From Convolutriloba macropyga (taxonomy: Eukaryota): 64,000 nt of DNA. Location: positions 36,580,001-36,644,000 of the forward strand of contig NC_134470.1 in NCBI RefSeq assembly GCF_964194025.1, given 5' to 3'. A program made the translations under genes and the position numbers. The first letter of the stretch is position 1; each line of letters starts with the position of its first letter. This document shows positions 13,403 through 26,860 of this stretch, piece by piece. The notes below the pieces were generated by a model that had not been told where the DNA came from, searched no databases, and was given only the letters and a program-made list of their open reading frames with translations.

Positions 13403-16400
13403 ACAAAAATATACTTATTACTTAAACTTGATCAAGGCAAAATTTGATCCCATTAAATATTCCTATTTCAAAAATATGTTCAAAGCCAATTTTCGTCTCT
13501 TAAATAGGTCCAGTATTATATCTACAAGAACTGAAAAAAATTCGTTGGCCCTTGAAGATCGATTGAAGAAAATGAGAGAATTTTTTAAAAAAAGGAAATC
13601 AATTGCAAATTTTAATGAACTGTTGCTGAAAATTGTAAAATTAAAATCCTCAGAATAACTTCTGTGTCTCTAGAGGCTATCCCCGGTAACCCAATTCCAA
13701 GCCTTAAAGATTTCATTGGCTCATAAAGATCGATACGCATTAATTTTTAGAACAAATTTCAAAAAAAGTTGTTCTATTAAATTGTTGAAAACCAATGCAT
13801 TCCCCCTAGCAACTAAGCAATAACATACTATCAAACCCTGTAGGAGGTTACCTCGCTACTGAGGCAAGAAAAACTGAATAAATTACGCATTTTATCAAAA
13901 AAATGCTAAATTTCGAGAGACTAAAAAGTTGAAAACCACTCCATTGTTACTAGAAACTATTCAGTGCCTATCATCAAACATTACAAGAGATTCCCTGGCC
14001 CCGGAGGCTGAAAAAACTTTAAAAATGACAAAAATTTTCAAAAAAAACTTGAAAAAGATTGCAAAAATTAGTATCATTTTGCGTGTTTGTTTGTAGTACC
14101 AAAACATAGCTCATAAAATGGTCATAACAAGTAATTTTTGACATTCATCAACTCTTAAATACTTCAACCTAAGACTAATCAAACAAAAAATCACAAAAAA
14201 CATGAAAAATTGCACCATTAGAGCCCAAAAACTCCTACAAATGACATTTTAACCGAAAATTAAGGCCATCCCAGCAGCTCCACAACTCTTAAGCACTTGA
14301 ACGAATACTAAAGCCAACTTTGGGCCTGTAATGAAAGTCAATGCCAGCTGGGCTTTACCTGTTTAGAGAACAGTCATTGAAAAATGTGTGAAAACATCTT
14401 AAAAAAACACAGCGCCCCAATACAATTCAAATTCTTTAGGAAAACATTTAAGCAGAACAATAGTTCTTTTCGAAGATATCATTGAAGAGAATTTCAAATC
14501 ATTTTGCATTTTCGACAGCTTCTGTTAATAAGATTTTTGACAGCTTTTGTGCCTATTGCCTCCTGTGGTGTTTTACATGTCAACCAAGGTTTTTAACATT
14601 TTTTGATATTAGTCCACTGACCGCAGGAAAACTTTATTGCTGATAGCTTTTATCTTCTTAAATTTTTAGCAGCCACTGATATATATCTATTGCCTTAGCA
14701 TCATTGTTCGTTAGAAACCTGAGTACGCTTAATTCTTGTCCAACTGCAAAAACTTTCATTTTTAAAATCTGATTACTGCCCTTAGTCGGTACCTGTTGAT
14801 CTACTTCTCGCGCAGTTTTAAATGAAGTTTCCGATCTGTATATGTTGCTGATGTCGACTCTAACAACAATTGAAGTCATATTTGCAGACGTTTTACATGT
14901 TTTTAAAACTTTGTTATTTTTAAATTTAAGTCGCTTATCAAATTTCATTAGAAAATGTAATTGGTCTGCTGAATAGACTTGAGCAACACAAAGAGGGTTC
15001 TGAGTACATCAAATTGGACAATTTTTATCAAACGTTGTAATCTTTAACACTTTTTGCAATGTTTTGCCTATCATTCACTCCCATAAGGCCATCAAGAATT
15101 CTTTTAGTTTGGTAATTGGTTGGATTGTAGCGTTTGACAAATAAAAACTGCGTTTTAGTTTTTAATAAAAAAGAGACAAAATGATGAATTATTTAGATAT
15201 TTTTATCTAATTTTTTAATGCAGAACTTTATTCATTGCAATATCATTAAACAAAAAAAACTATTGAGCTTCCACTGGGGTGTTGGGTAGATTTTACTACA
15301 AAATTGCTTTTGATGGCGTTAAAAACATAAACCATATCCAGCAGATAGCCGGAAATAACAGAACAAACGAACCAATTCTTGAACGATAAATTTTCTTACA
15401 TTGCAAAAGACTTTAATTGGTCTTTGTAGTCAGAAACACCCCTGTTTCTTAATGAGGTGATACAGGGATTAGTAGCAACAGTAGACCTGTTAACTAAAAC
15501 TAATTAGAACAAAGTTCAAAAACAGGCATCTAAAACTATGCGTTATGGGTTTACCCTATTTCCATTCTTGATTTCGCTCTTTAAGACTCCATTAATTTCA
15601 GATCGCTTTTCTGAGCAACTAGTGTTTAAAAGCTCCTTGAAGAGAATGAGGCTAAATCAAATAACATAAAAACATAACAGGACAAGTCCTCGATTAGAAT
15701 TCAAAGTATTTAACAAACTGAAGACAACACTATCAGCCTCCTTAAGATAACAGTCTCCGATAGTAAGCAAATCATTAACCAAACAAACAGAGCAAAACAA
15801 ACAGAGCACTTCAAGTGTAAAATATCGTTTAAAAAAATGGTTATCGACTTTATTATGACCAACAAAGCTAACTTCAAAAGACCTTTAAACAGTTGGCGTT
15901 AAGGCAGCGAACACCAACTTTGTAGAAAACCACTGAGAGACAAATTGAAAGGACAACACAAACCATAATTGGCAGAAACTGATTTTTAAGTCATTGAAAT
16001 TAAATGGCATGAAAGACATTGAAACACGCAACAAAAACTTTAAAACTTGAACATCTATAGACCATTCAATAGAAAGCTTATAACAAGTTCAACAAATAAT
16101 TTCAGGGGCTACTTAACAAAAGTAACATAAGATTCGGGCAAAACTCAAATAATCCAAAATTTTCTAAAGCAAATTTGGTCACAGCCAAAAAGTCATTATC
16201 ATTAAACTCAAAACCAAAGGAATTCAATCATTCCACGTGAAAGCTCAAATGAGATCAGCGCCATTAGTGAAACCAGCGATAGTACTGCGAAACAAATTTG
16301 AAAACGGGCAAAATCAAATGCACATGTCATTAATAACAGACAGAAAAACGAAAACAACTACAAAAAGTGGTCTCAGAGTAGTAAAAACCTTTATATTTGA

Positions 16401-17693
16401 AGTAATTAGATAACCTCAAGTAAGCCTAAACAGTCAATAATGAGTCCTAGCATTTTTGAGCAGAAGTCACAGAACAGCACAGAAAAACTTCAGAATTCGG
16501 CAAAGTCCAAAAATTCATTAATATTGTTTGAAAGCAACTCCTGTCAAAGTCGTGAAAACCGTCATATATGAACCACTTTTACATTTAAAATGACTCATAA
16601 GAGAGCCAATTAGAGCAGTCAATACTGAAACATAGTGGCCGAACAATAAAAGCGGAAAAAATCCAAAAAATGATATTTTCTGAAAAGAAGTAGTGTCAAA
16701 GTAGTAAAAACCGTACAATTTTCAATTCAAATCAGTAAACTAAGTTAAATATGCATCAATATAGAGCCAATGGTACCTTTCATTACTGAGACTAAGCAAA
16801 AGAAAAACACGAATCTACAAAAACAGGCAAAAATGACTTTAAAACAGATAGCGTCAAAGACTTAAAAACCATTAGTTACCTTGTAAATATCTGCAACTAT
16901 GCTTTATCATAACACACGTAGCACCTATTAAAGGTATTCATACAGAAAAAGACAGACAAACAGCAGAAAAATCGCTCTCAAAAATCCAAAAATCTGTTCA
17001 AACACCATTTCCTCACTTCAGTTTAAAAGCAGTTTGAAAAGATCACGCATTGAAACTACTCTTTAAGTCTTTTGCTCCCCTTACTACTCCCGCGTGATGA
17101 AAATCACTACTCAAAAGTAACTTCTGTTCGACAACAAAAAGTCGAAAAAGTGTGAACAATTTAAAATTTGCTTACAATTAAAATTTAAATTATTTGATTT
17201 GTAAAAAAGTCCTCAATAATGGCAGACTGAAAAGATGAGGGCGGCCATTTAACATAAGAGAATTTTCCTTTTTGCTATTTTTAACATTTTTGGAAGTTGT
17301 TGTTTTAGCCTCTGCCTGTCTTTTTTGTCCAAATAACATTTTCATTAGATGTCAAATTCCCTTTTCTTAATTTCCTGCGTTTTTCATAGGAAACTGTGAT
17401 TTTGAATACCTCAATAGCAGCAGTATCCACAAATGAGATTTCTTACTTGTTTTTCTACAAATTTGTTCAAACTAATGTTTTTGGGTTTGGTTTGTAACTG
17501 GCAACTTGTACGCTATTCAAATCAGAATTTTTCGCGTGTTCTATTTAATTCTTTGGATTCTAATTCATGACTTCTTGGAACTTTCAGTGCCACGCACAGA
17601 ACCACAAGAGCCGTCTGGCATGACGTTGGACTGCCTCAAATCCAGCAGCAAATACCCAGCGATCAAATATTGTTTCACCACAGGCATAAAAAA

Positions 17694-19455
17694 AATAACC
17701 GACTAACGTCGGGCGAATTGCTCTCAAACGACCAGCGAGCGGTTGGCTTCGTCAGTAGCTAGCCACAGTTTAGTGTGGCGCGCTTTAGCTTGACTCGACT
17801 CTGCAATTTTTAGATTTCTAGCCTTGTTAGTAAACCAATCAGATAAAAAACTGATATTATAAAAATTTGCAAAACATCGCAAAATTTAAAAAAGCTTCCA
17901 GATCTTGCAGTGAAGTTGTTCAAAACTATTTTTATCTCTGGAGTTATGTTAAGTAACCCATCTGCAAGACCTGAAAGGCTTCATTGGCCAGTAATGATCG
18001 TTAAACTCAGAAAAGGACAAAAAAATTCATAAATTTTGAAGAGTCAAAAATTTTAACAAAATCTTGCTAAAATTCAAGATATTAAAATCATCAAAACCAT
18101 TTCATTGTCTCAAGAGACTATCCGGTATCCCTGTTTCAAGCCTGAAACAGTTTCACAGGCTCATAAAGATCCATACACTTGGAACGTAAAAATTTTCCAA
18201 ACATTTGAAAATTTTAAATTTTATTCAAAAATTTAAAAAAAACTTGAGTCATAAAAAATGTTGATCACCATCCCATTAACTCTAAAAACTACGCAGCAGC
18301 TTATTATCAAACCTTGGAGGAGATCCTAAGGTCTTCTGCTGCCGGAAAAAATTCAAAAACATGAAAAAAAATTGCAAATATTTTTTTTAAAAAATTGCTT
18401 AAATTCGTGATATTAAAATCTTGAAGAACATTCCATTACATCTATAAACTTTGCAGTAACATATTATCAAACCCAAGAGGAAGTTCCGTGGCTCTTGAGA
18501 CTAGAGAAACCTAAAAAGTCAAAAAAGTCTAACAATTTAAAAAAAAATTGCTAGAACTTGTGATATTAAGTTGAAAATTACTCAATGACCAACAAAAATT
18601 TTCCAGTAACTTATTATCAAACCATAATGGAAGTTTTCTGACCCTTGAGTCTCAAAAAACCTGAATAATGACTATGTCAAAAATTGAAAAAATGGCAAAA
18701 ATTGTCAAAATTCGTGATGTTAAAATCTTGCAAGACATTCCATTTAATCTAGAAAATATACAGTAACCTATTTTCAAACCCTAGAAGAAGTTTCTTTGCT
18801 CTGGAGGCCAAAAGAACCTAAAAAACGACAAAAATTTTCAAGAAGAAAAATCAAGCTTTAAAAAAAATTGCTAAAAATTTGTGACATTAAAAAGTTGAAA
18901 AACTATTCCACAAGTTGTCAGTAACTTATTATCAAACCCCTTAGGATGTTTTCTGGCCCCAGGGTCTGGAAAGACCTGAATAAGGAAAAAAAATGTCAAA
19001 AGATTTTTAAAAAAGTTGCACGTTTTTGTCCAAAAAATGCTAAAATTCGTGATGTTAAAATGTTGAAACCAATGCATTACCACTAGAAACTATGCAGCAA
19101 CCTATTATTACAACCAAAAGGAGGTTCCTTGACACCTAGGGCTGATAAAAATCAAAAAATGTCAAAAATTTCCAAAAAACTGTGGGGGGGACAAGCAATA
19201 GTGGGGGGGCAACAGTGGGGGCGTCTTCAACTTCTGAAAACCGCCCTTCACACCATAAGTTTAAGTCTCCAAAACAGTTTGAGCTGAAAGGCTCTAAGAG
19301 CACTTAATGCCCGCTGGGCGCTACCTGTTTATCCTGTTTTTGAGGACGAAAAGTCAAAAGCGTCGGACGAAAAATCGGTCAAGCGAAACATCGCATTTAA
19401 AAAAAGACCGACAGGACTAATATAATTGCTGCAAACTTCGTTTGAGAGCAATTAA
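17694..19455 (-). mobile_element. HINE family A, full-length reference copy (~1.76 kb)
   Basis: Hairpin ccgac-taac-gtcgg (17699-17712) and a perfect 16-bp asymmetric IR: aattgctctcaaacga (17716-17731) / tcgtttgagagcaatt (19438-19453). The right IR also folds back on a local partial copy. A-runs flank both ends (TT target on the minus strand). No coding capacity; internal tandem repeats. Confidence 0.8.
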
Positions 19456-20002
19456 CCATAGCAAGAAAAATTGTGCTATCAGATTAAGCGCAAATTATAA
19501 AACTATAAAGAAAACACAGTTCGCGAGCAATTAAATAAATAGGATAATATTAACGATAGCCAATCTATCGCTATGAACAAATAAAGACATCCTTAATTTC
19601 AATTAGAACTTAAACCGCTGATTCAAAATGCGTTGGAATTCAAGCTGGAGAAAAAAGTTGATTTCCGAAATTTAGAGGATACAAAACTAATGAAATTTTA
19701 TCGTGAAAATTAATTAAATTCTCAAATAATTTTATAGCAAGATTTTGTGTCCGGATATACACACATTTTCTCACCATTGAGACATCTCTAGGAGGAACGT
19801 TGGCTAACTCGAAGTGTATCAACGTTCAAAACAACAGTTCTGATACTAAAACAGAATCCGCTTTATGAGAAGTCACGGCAGATGACTATCAACAAAAAAA
19901 ACTGATTTCTTTAAAATCTACGTCAGTTTCAGGAATTGAATAATTTAGATTGAATAATACACAATAGAACAGAAACCGCTAAAATTTGGTTCAAACAAGA
20001 CA

Positions 20003-21353
20003 CATAACCGACTGACGTCGGTCGAATTGCTCTCAAACGACCGGCGAGCGGTTGACTTCGTCATTAGCTAGCCACGGTTTAGTGAGGCTGGCTTTAGCTT
20101 GATTCGACTCTGCTACTTTTTGTTTTCTCGCCTTGTTAGTAAATAAATCAAAATCTGATATTTTAAAAAATTGATAATTGCAAAATTCAAAAAAAGAGCT
20201 TCCAGATTTCGCAGTGAAAACGTTCAAAACTATTTTTTGTCACTGGAGTTATGTCAAGTAACCCATCTGCAAGACTTGAAAAGCTTCGTTGGCCAGTAAT
20301 GGTCGTTAAAATCAGAAAAGGAAAAAAGTATTCACAAATTTTAAAAACAGTTACAAATTTTAACAAAATCTTGCTAAAATTCAAGATATTAAAAACTTCA
20401 AAGCCATTTTATTGTCTCAAGAGACTATCCAGTATCCATATTTCAAGCTTTAAATAGTTTCACCGGCTCAAAGATTCATAAACTTGGAACATGATAATAA
20501 TTTTCCGAAATATTGAATTAAAATTTATCAAAAAATTGCTAAAACTGGAGTCATTAAAATATTGATAACCATACCATTAACTCTAGAAACTTTGCAACAA
20601 CTTATCATCAAACCTTGGAAGAGGTCCCTAAGACCCTGGTGCCTGAAAAATGATAAAACATTCAGAAAGATTCAAAAAACTTGGAAAAATTGCAAACATT
20701 TTTAAAAATTGCTGATATTAAATTCATGAAAAACATTCCATTACATCTAGAAGCAATGCAGTAACCTATAATCAAACCATAGAGGAGGTTTGTTGGCTCT
20801 TGAGGCTAGATACACCTAAAAAATGACAAAAATTTTCAAAAACTTAAAAAATTGCCAATTTATCAAAAAATTGCTAAAATTTGTGATATTAAAAAGTTGA
20901 AAACTATTTCATGGTGCATAAAAAAATTTTAAGTAACTTATTTTTAAACTCTTAAGGAGGTTTTTCTGGCCCCAGGGTCTGGAAAGACTTGAATAATGAA
21001 GAATGAATGTCAAAAAATTGAAAAAAAATGCAAATTTTGTAAAAAAAAAAATGCCATGTTAAAAACTTGTCATGTTAAAATCTTGAAAATATTGAAAAAC
21101 ATTCCATTACATCTAGAAACTATAAAATTTTGTTGGCTCTTGAGACTAGAGACACCTAAAAATGACAAAAAACTTGAAAAAAATAGCCAGTTTCATCAAG
21201 AAATTGCTGCAATTTGTTATATTAAAAAGTTGAAAACTATTTCTTGGCCAATGAAGATTTTTCATTAACTTATTTTAAACCCCTAAAGAGATTTTCTGGC
21301 TCCTGGGTCTGGAAGGACTTGAATAATGAAAAATTGAGTTTGAGAGCAATTAA
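20003..21353 (-). mobile_element. HINE family A copy with the right subterminal block deleted
   Basis: ccgac-tgac-gtcgg with aattgctctcaaacga at 20008-20040, gtttgagagcaatt at 21338-21351, same internal array. Confidence 0.75.
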
Positions 21354-21502
21354 ACATTCTAACCATAGTGATACCCCATTTGTAACATAGAAAAAGGAAT
21401 TGAAGAATATGCAGGCAGAGATAACGTCGGTAAATAAAGCAGCTCAAATTGAGCCGTATAGAATGTCCATCACGAAAGATTATAAATAAGTCGATAATCT
21501 AC

Positions 21503-21574
21503 CTTGATGACCATCTGCATGGCATTGACGGGATTTGCAGTTGCTCCACCATCATTACCCTCTTGGGTATCCAT
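21503..21574 (-). CDS. First coding exon of the CH-domain protein
   Basis: ATG at 21574 gives MDTQEGNDGGATANPVNAMQMVIK, then donor AAG|GTagat (phase 0). Splicing yields QMVIK|VYLGWAN, the expected start of CH1. A GC-richer island amid repeats. An upstream acceptor cttttcAG at 21674-21673 suggests a further 5'UTR exon. Confidence 0.7.
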
Positions 21575-24261
21575 TGCTTAAAGATCCAAATCAAGAAACC
21601 TTATCAAACATACACCCTGACAGCGCAAGGTAGTTGATTAATGGGACAACTTGCACAAATCATGCGCTAAACCTGAAAAGCATGAAATTTCTAAACACTT
21701 CCTAAAAAATTTCGGAATTATTTCGACTAAACAGAAATCCCGTTTCTCTAATTCATAATTTGCTTGCAGCGCACTTCCAATTCTCTTCAAGTAATTAATT
21801 GAATTTTCTAAACAAAATTAAACAAGGAGGATCGTTAAGGTGCGTTTGCACCGATGCTCCGACCCCCCTCAATCACATTTTTGATTTAGTTGTCTGCCAA
21901 AAATAAAAAATTTAATATATATTTCAAAAATAATTGGTGTATCTACAAGCATTAATTGTGACCAAAATTCAATCGCTATCTATAATTTATAACAACGTCA
22001 GAATAGCATCAGATGAAACCTAAACTAAACTAATTAACTTGTACTTCAACAAAAAGATACGGGACCTGTCTTTATTGAGAATGATTATCAAGCAGACAAA
22101 AGGGCAATTCTAAAAAATAAATCTATATCTTTTGAAAATAATTAACTTCAAAGTCACGAAAACCGATAGCCATCAAATAAAGGCATTCAACAGGTTCACC
22201 TACTCCTCCAAAAACCAATGAGACTTAAACATAATGAGTCATGACACTAGAAAAACAAAGACAGGCAAGAACCAAAATCTTTTAAAAAATTGCCAGAAAA
22301 CGGTGTAAAGCTGTTACACTATCATAATCTATTTCTATTGCTACTATCTATTGCTATTGCTACTATCATAATCTATTTACCAAAAAACTTGCATATAATC
22401 GATAATGTGACAAGAAAGCAAAAATGTTACGAAAACTCGTAGTATCAAAGACGAAAAACCATTATTGAAAGGATAAAACAGAAGCAAAACGAAACATCCT
22501 AATTCACTTGCAATAGGATGCCACATCTCTTTGCTCAGACTACGCGCCATGGTGACACAAATAAAATAAAAAGAGGCAAAACTCAAAAAACCATTTTTTA
22601 AAATTTTTTTGGAGAAGTCAAGAACCATCAGCTTTCAACTAAAAAACTAATTACATATACTTGTAACAGCTAATGAAGCCAATTAGACCTGTCATTAATG
22701 AGACTAAATAGGAAGACTACAAAATAACAAAGAATACAGGCCGAAATCTATTTTATATTTCACAAATAGTAACGAAGCCAAAACATATGCTTCATATGCT
22801 GCAGAAAAGAAAAATCTATGATTATTAACTTTCATTTGAGCGTAAATTTTGTCTGTCTGTCAATAATTTAACTTTGTTTTGAAAGCATTTTGGTTGTAAT
22901 GAAAATGAAAAAGGTCAAACAGAAGACAAAACATTCAAAACATCTAAAAATTAATGTGAATGTTGCATAATTCTCGAATTATGTTAGCAAAAACCATTAG
23001 GTATCAAATGAAAGCAATAGATAGTTCCACTAAGCTACAACTACAAAAACTACAAAAGAACGAAAAATGGCAAAACTCGAGAACTCATTAAAAAAGAACG
23101 AAAACACTTTGTCGGAGCCATAGAAACCAAAAGCTTTACACAGAAAACATAATACTTAACCATTGGGCTTCATTTGAAGATAAATTGATCTCTCATTGAC
23201 TCATGGATCTTTAAATGGAAACCGAATTGTCTGCAATTGCCTTGAAAAGGACAGAGCCAAAAAACACTCCGAATCCTTTTTCACTGCAAAAATCACCGAT
23301 GAGGCTAAAACTGGCCTTTTTATCGCAGCGCGGCTGTTAAACGTAATTGATCCAAATAGTTGCGTAAGATAATTTGGCAAAAATATTACGTAAAAAAATA
23401 ACTGATAAAGGCCGCCAAATTGTTAGTTCCAGAAAAATTTGTTAGGAGCCGAAGGTCCAAATAGCCCTATTCTCAGTAAACAAAGATTGTGTCAGCAGTT
23501 TTTATATCTGCACTAATGGTCACTTTGGACAAAGTGTCCTAAAGATTTGGTTCCATTTTTAAATTAATTTTAATTAAGTTAATTAAAAAATCGAACCACA
23601 GGCGTTCACAAAAATCAAACCTTTGTAACCCCTTCGAAAAAGTGAAATTCAAAAAAAATCTTATCAATTTGATATTCTTTTATACTGTATCAAAAACCTT
23701 TTTTTGAAAAGATAAAACTCCACCTTATATTTCATCAAATCAATTACCCACGATTTATTTCCGGCGCGTTTTCATACGCAATGTTGCTATTTGCAGCTTT
23801 GTTCCTGGTTTCCAACATTTTTTCCACAAAATTAAGTAGCACGCACCCCTAAAACCTTATATCAATGAATTTTTTTCATTCAAAAAATTGCAAATACCAA
23901 GTACCCAGCGATCAAACACTGTTTCAACACAGGAATAAAAAATTCAAAGTAAGAACAATTAAAAAATCCCAGTAATGGCAAAATAAAAACCTATAAAACA
24001 AACAAAAAGTGTTGATATCTACTCATTCAGAAAACATTTATCTTTCCTTGCTTTTATAAAGACCTCAAAAGTCCGGTTATATAAATATCTCAGAAGTTAG
24101 GATAGCTATCAGGGTCACACAACTTAAAATCAGCAATTTTGTAAAAGCTAACAAACACTTAACACTAAATTCCACAAGCTGCATGACAATTTTTAAAACG
24201 AAGTAAAGAAAAAGGAATACTTTTAGCATGAATAGATATAAAAACTATATTGTTTCGACTT

Positions 24262-26860
24262 CCTTAGTGAGTGAGGGAGGGGGGGGGGATGGGGGAGGGG
24301 AGGGGAGGGGTGGAACTATATGATCGACTGTTTCTTTTCTTCCGCCGCTCTTTTGGCCGATCGATATATCTCACGAAAAATAACAGGAGTCATTAGAAAG
24401 CCGATTAAGCGTAGATTTGTAAATTTAAAAGAACTTCTAATTTCGTATTTTGCGAAGAGTTTCCCAGGTTTGATGTTTTTGCATATATTTGGAATTTTAC
24501 CATGATGTTTAATTTTCGCCCAGCTTCATGTTGTTACTAATCTCAAATTGGTTTTGCAATCGACAGGATTAGATTATAGAATTACGTTGCGGTGCTATCT
24601 TGTTTTTAAAATCTGCACATTTTTTAATTGTTAAACTTAATTAGAAGTCAAATTGAAGCAGTGATTTCCGTAACGTTAAAATGGTTCACATTTACGTGAA
24701 TATTAGCGACACAACTTCTTGTTGTTTAATAACTCCGCGACCAAATAACAAGGCTGTTATTAACCTCATTTTGGTTTTTACAATTAAAAAGATTTGGACT
24801 ATATTGAGCACTATCTGTTTTTTTAAGATGTGCACATCGTTTCATTTGTTAAACATCAATGCGAAGAAAAATTGAAGCACCGATTTCCGTAATGCTAAAA
24901 TAGAACCATGGGCAAAAATATTATTAGCTTTAAAGCGTAAAGCTTTTTGAAACTACATTTAAAGTGGGCAGAGCGATTTTGGATTGAACAATTTTTTATT
25001 TTTTGGGTTTTTTTTTAGATGCCACTTTTTGAATTTTCTTTCATTCGCTGCTTTTTCTGATAAAAATTAGCAAATGTTTTTTAAGATGATACATGAGTTC
25101 TAATGGTGCAGGAGACGTTATTATTTAAATCAGGAGACGTTATTATTTAAATCGACCGAAGGACAGCAAAAAATACATGAATGAACCTGTATAAAGATTT
25201 TTCGAACAGCAAATTTGTTTTTGTGTTTTTGACATCAGGATCTCAAAAAATTAGGAGTTTGTAGGCACAAAAAAATTTTATGGCGTTTTGTCAAAAGTTT
25301 ATAGTTCTTGTGGTCTTGGTACTGTTTCCCAGAACTTTTCGTGAATTTTTGAGTTGTTGCTTTACTTGATGTTCTGTTAAATTTCTTACCATTAAATCTC
25401 ATTAATAACATTACATTCGGCGTTCTTACGAGGCACAAGTGAATTTATATAAAGGGTTCATTCGATTATGTATAACATTTGTGGCTTCAACACCAATGCA
25501 TTTTCGTTTCGCCCGTCTCTGATTTAAAATGTTTTTCTTTCCTGGTAACTTCACTAATTCACATTAATCAAAAGACCATCGGACCTTCTAAGGACAAACG
25601 AACATTTATGTCGTTTGAGGTCAATAGTTAATGCTTTTAAATACTTGAAAAAATAAACTGAACTTTGCAGTCATCGTTTTTCATTTCAACCACTATATTA
25701 GTCTCATTAATGATGGCTTCCTGCTGCTTATTAGTTTGGTCAAGTAAATAAATTTTAGTTCGTTTTTTTCAAAAAATCTTAAGTGGACTTTCGAGTTTTG
25801 TCCGTAATCGCTTTTCGTCTTGTCTCTCATTTACAATTGAACCAGATTGTGTAGGACATTCAACGCACGCTCAATGGTTTCATTATGAGCAGCCGAAATT
25901 TCAGTAGCTGAAATTACTGACTAATGAATCATTTACTTTGAAAACTTTCTAATATTTTAAATATGTTCATATGTTGCTGTTTACTTGTCTTGTTGTTCCT
26001 TATGGCAGTTTGTCGCTAGCTGCAATTAAAACATTTTTGCATTTTCGTGTTTTAGTATGAGCAAACATGATTCTTGACGCCCCTAGTGTTAAATAACTTT
26101 TTGAATTTCGCGAAATGTACGATTTTTTTGTATCGATATTTTCTCATCGCTTTTTCGCTAAATTCTATTTGGTGTAATTAGTATGAGATTGTTCAAAATA
26201 ATATACTTTTTCGATAAATCAAGATTCATTTTTTTCCAAAACATAAGTTTTCCTTGTTCAATTTTAAGCATTTTTTTCAACCCGTTTTCCTCACTATCAA
26301 AGGCGGGCTTTACAGGCGGCCTCATCTTTTATTTGGATTTTAATTGGTAACCTGTGCTCGTAACTTTTTCTAATCAGTTGTATTAAACTATTTTAATTTG
26401 ACCATCGGACCACACGTTAAAAATATAAAGAGCTACTTTGGTTCTGGATTCTAACGTCATTTGTTGCTGCTTTCTGCCCGGGTTTTTGAGACAACCGTTC
26501 AAGCGCACGTAATAAATCTTAACTGACAATGCAAAATCTATGTAAATTAAATTGCGTTAAACTTGATAACCATACAGCTGTTTCTTGAGGGACCCTATTG
26601 TTTGAATTTAGGTTTGATAATGGGATAAAAGTTAAATTCAGAGTCTCATTTTCTTTCTGTTTGATGAAATTAGGTTCTTAGTTTTTTGCTAGAAAAATTG
26701 TATTAATGTTGATATCAATTTTGAGACATGACTACTGAATAAGAAATATGTCACGCAGTTAAAATCTTTGCTCATTCTAGTGCTTGAAATGGTAGATATT
26801 TAAGCCAAGAATGTGGATGAGCGGGGTCGCAACATTTTATGCTCAGTCAGATCTGACCGT
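24262..26860 (+). mobile_element. HINE family B copy in opposite orientation (degenerate)
   Basis: Reverse complement of the family B right end (ggaactatatg...ttttggccgatcgatatat at 24313-24368) and of the left end (gaatgtggatgagcggggtcgcaacat at ~26809-26835). The block is T-rich on plus, unlike its A-rich surroundings. Confidence 0.55.

Noticed and set aside
14658-14948. 96-aa minus ORF in a compositionally distinct patch
   Set aside because: No recognisable motif, stops on both sides and no convincing splice sites; possibly an old TE remnant, but I cannot support that.
11900-21330. Regularly spaced repeats resembling a CRISPR array
   Set aside because: The whole 150-180 bp unit is repeated with no unique spacers; eukaryotic context and no cas genes.
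25109-25152. Perfect 22-bp tandem duplication
   Set aside because: Ordinary slippage event inside a decayed repeat.
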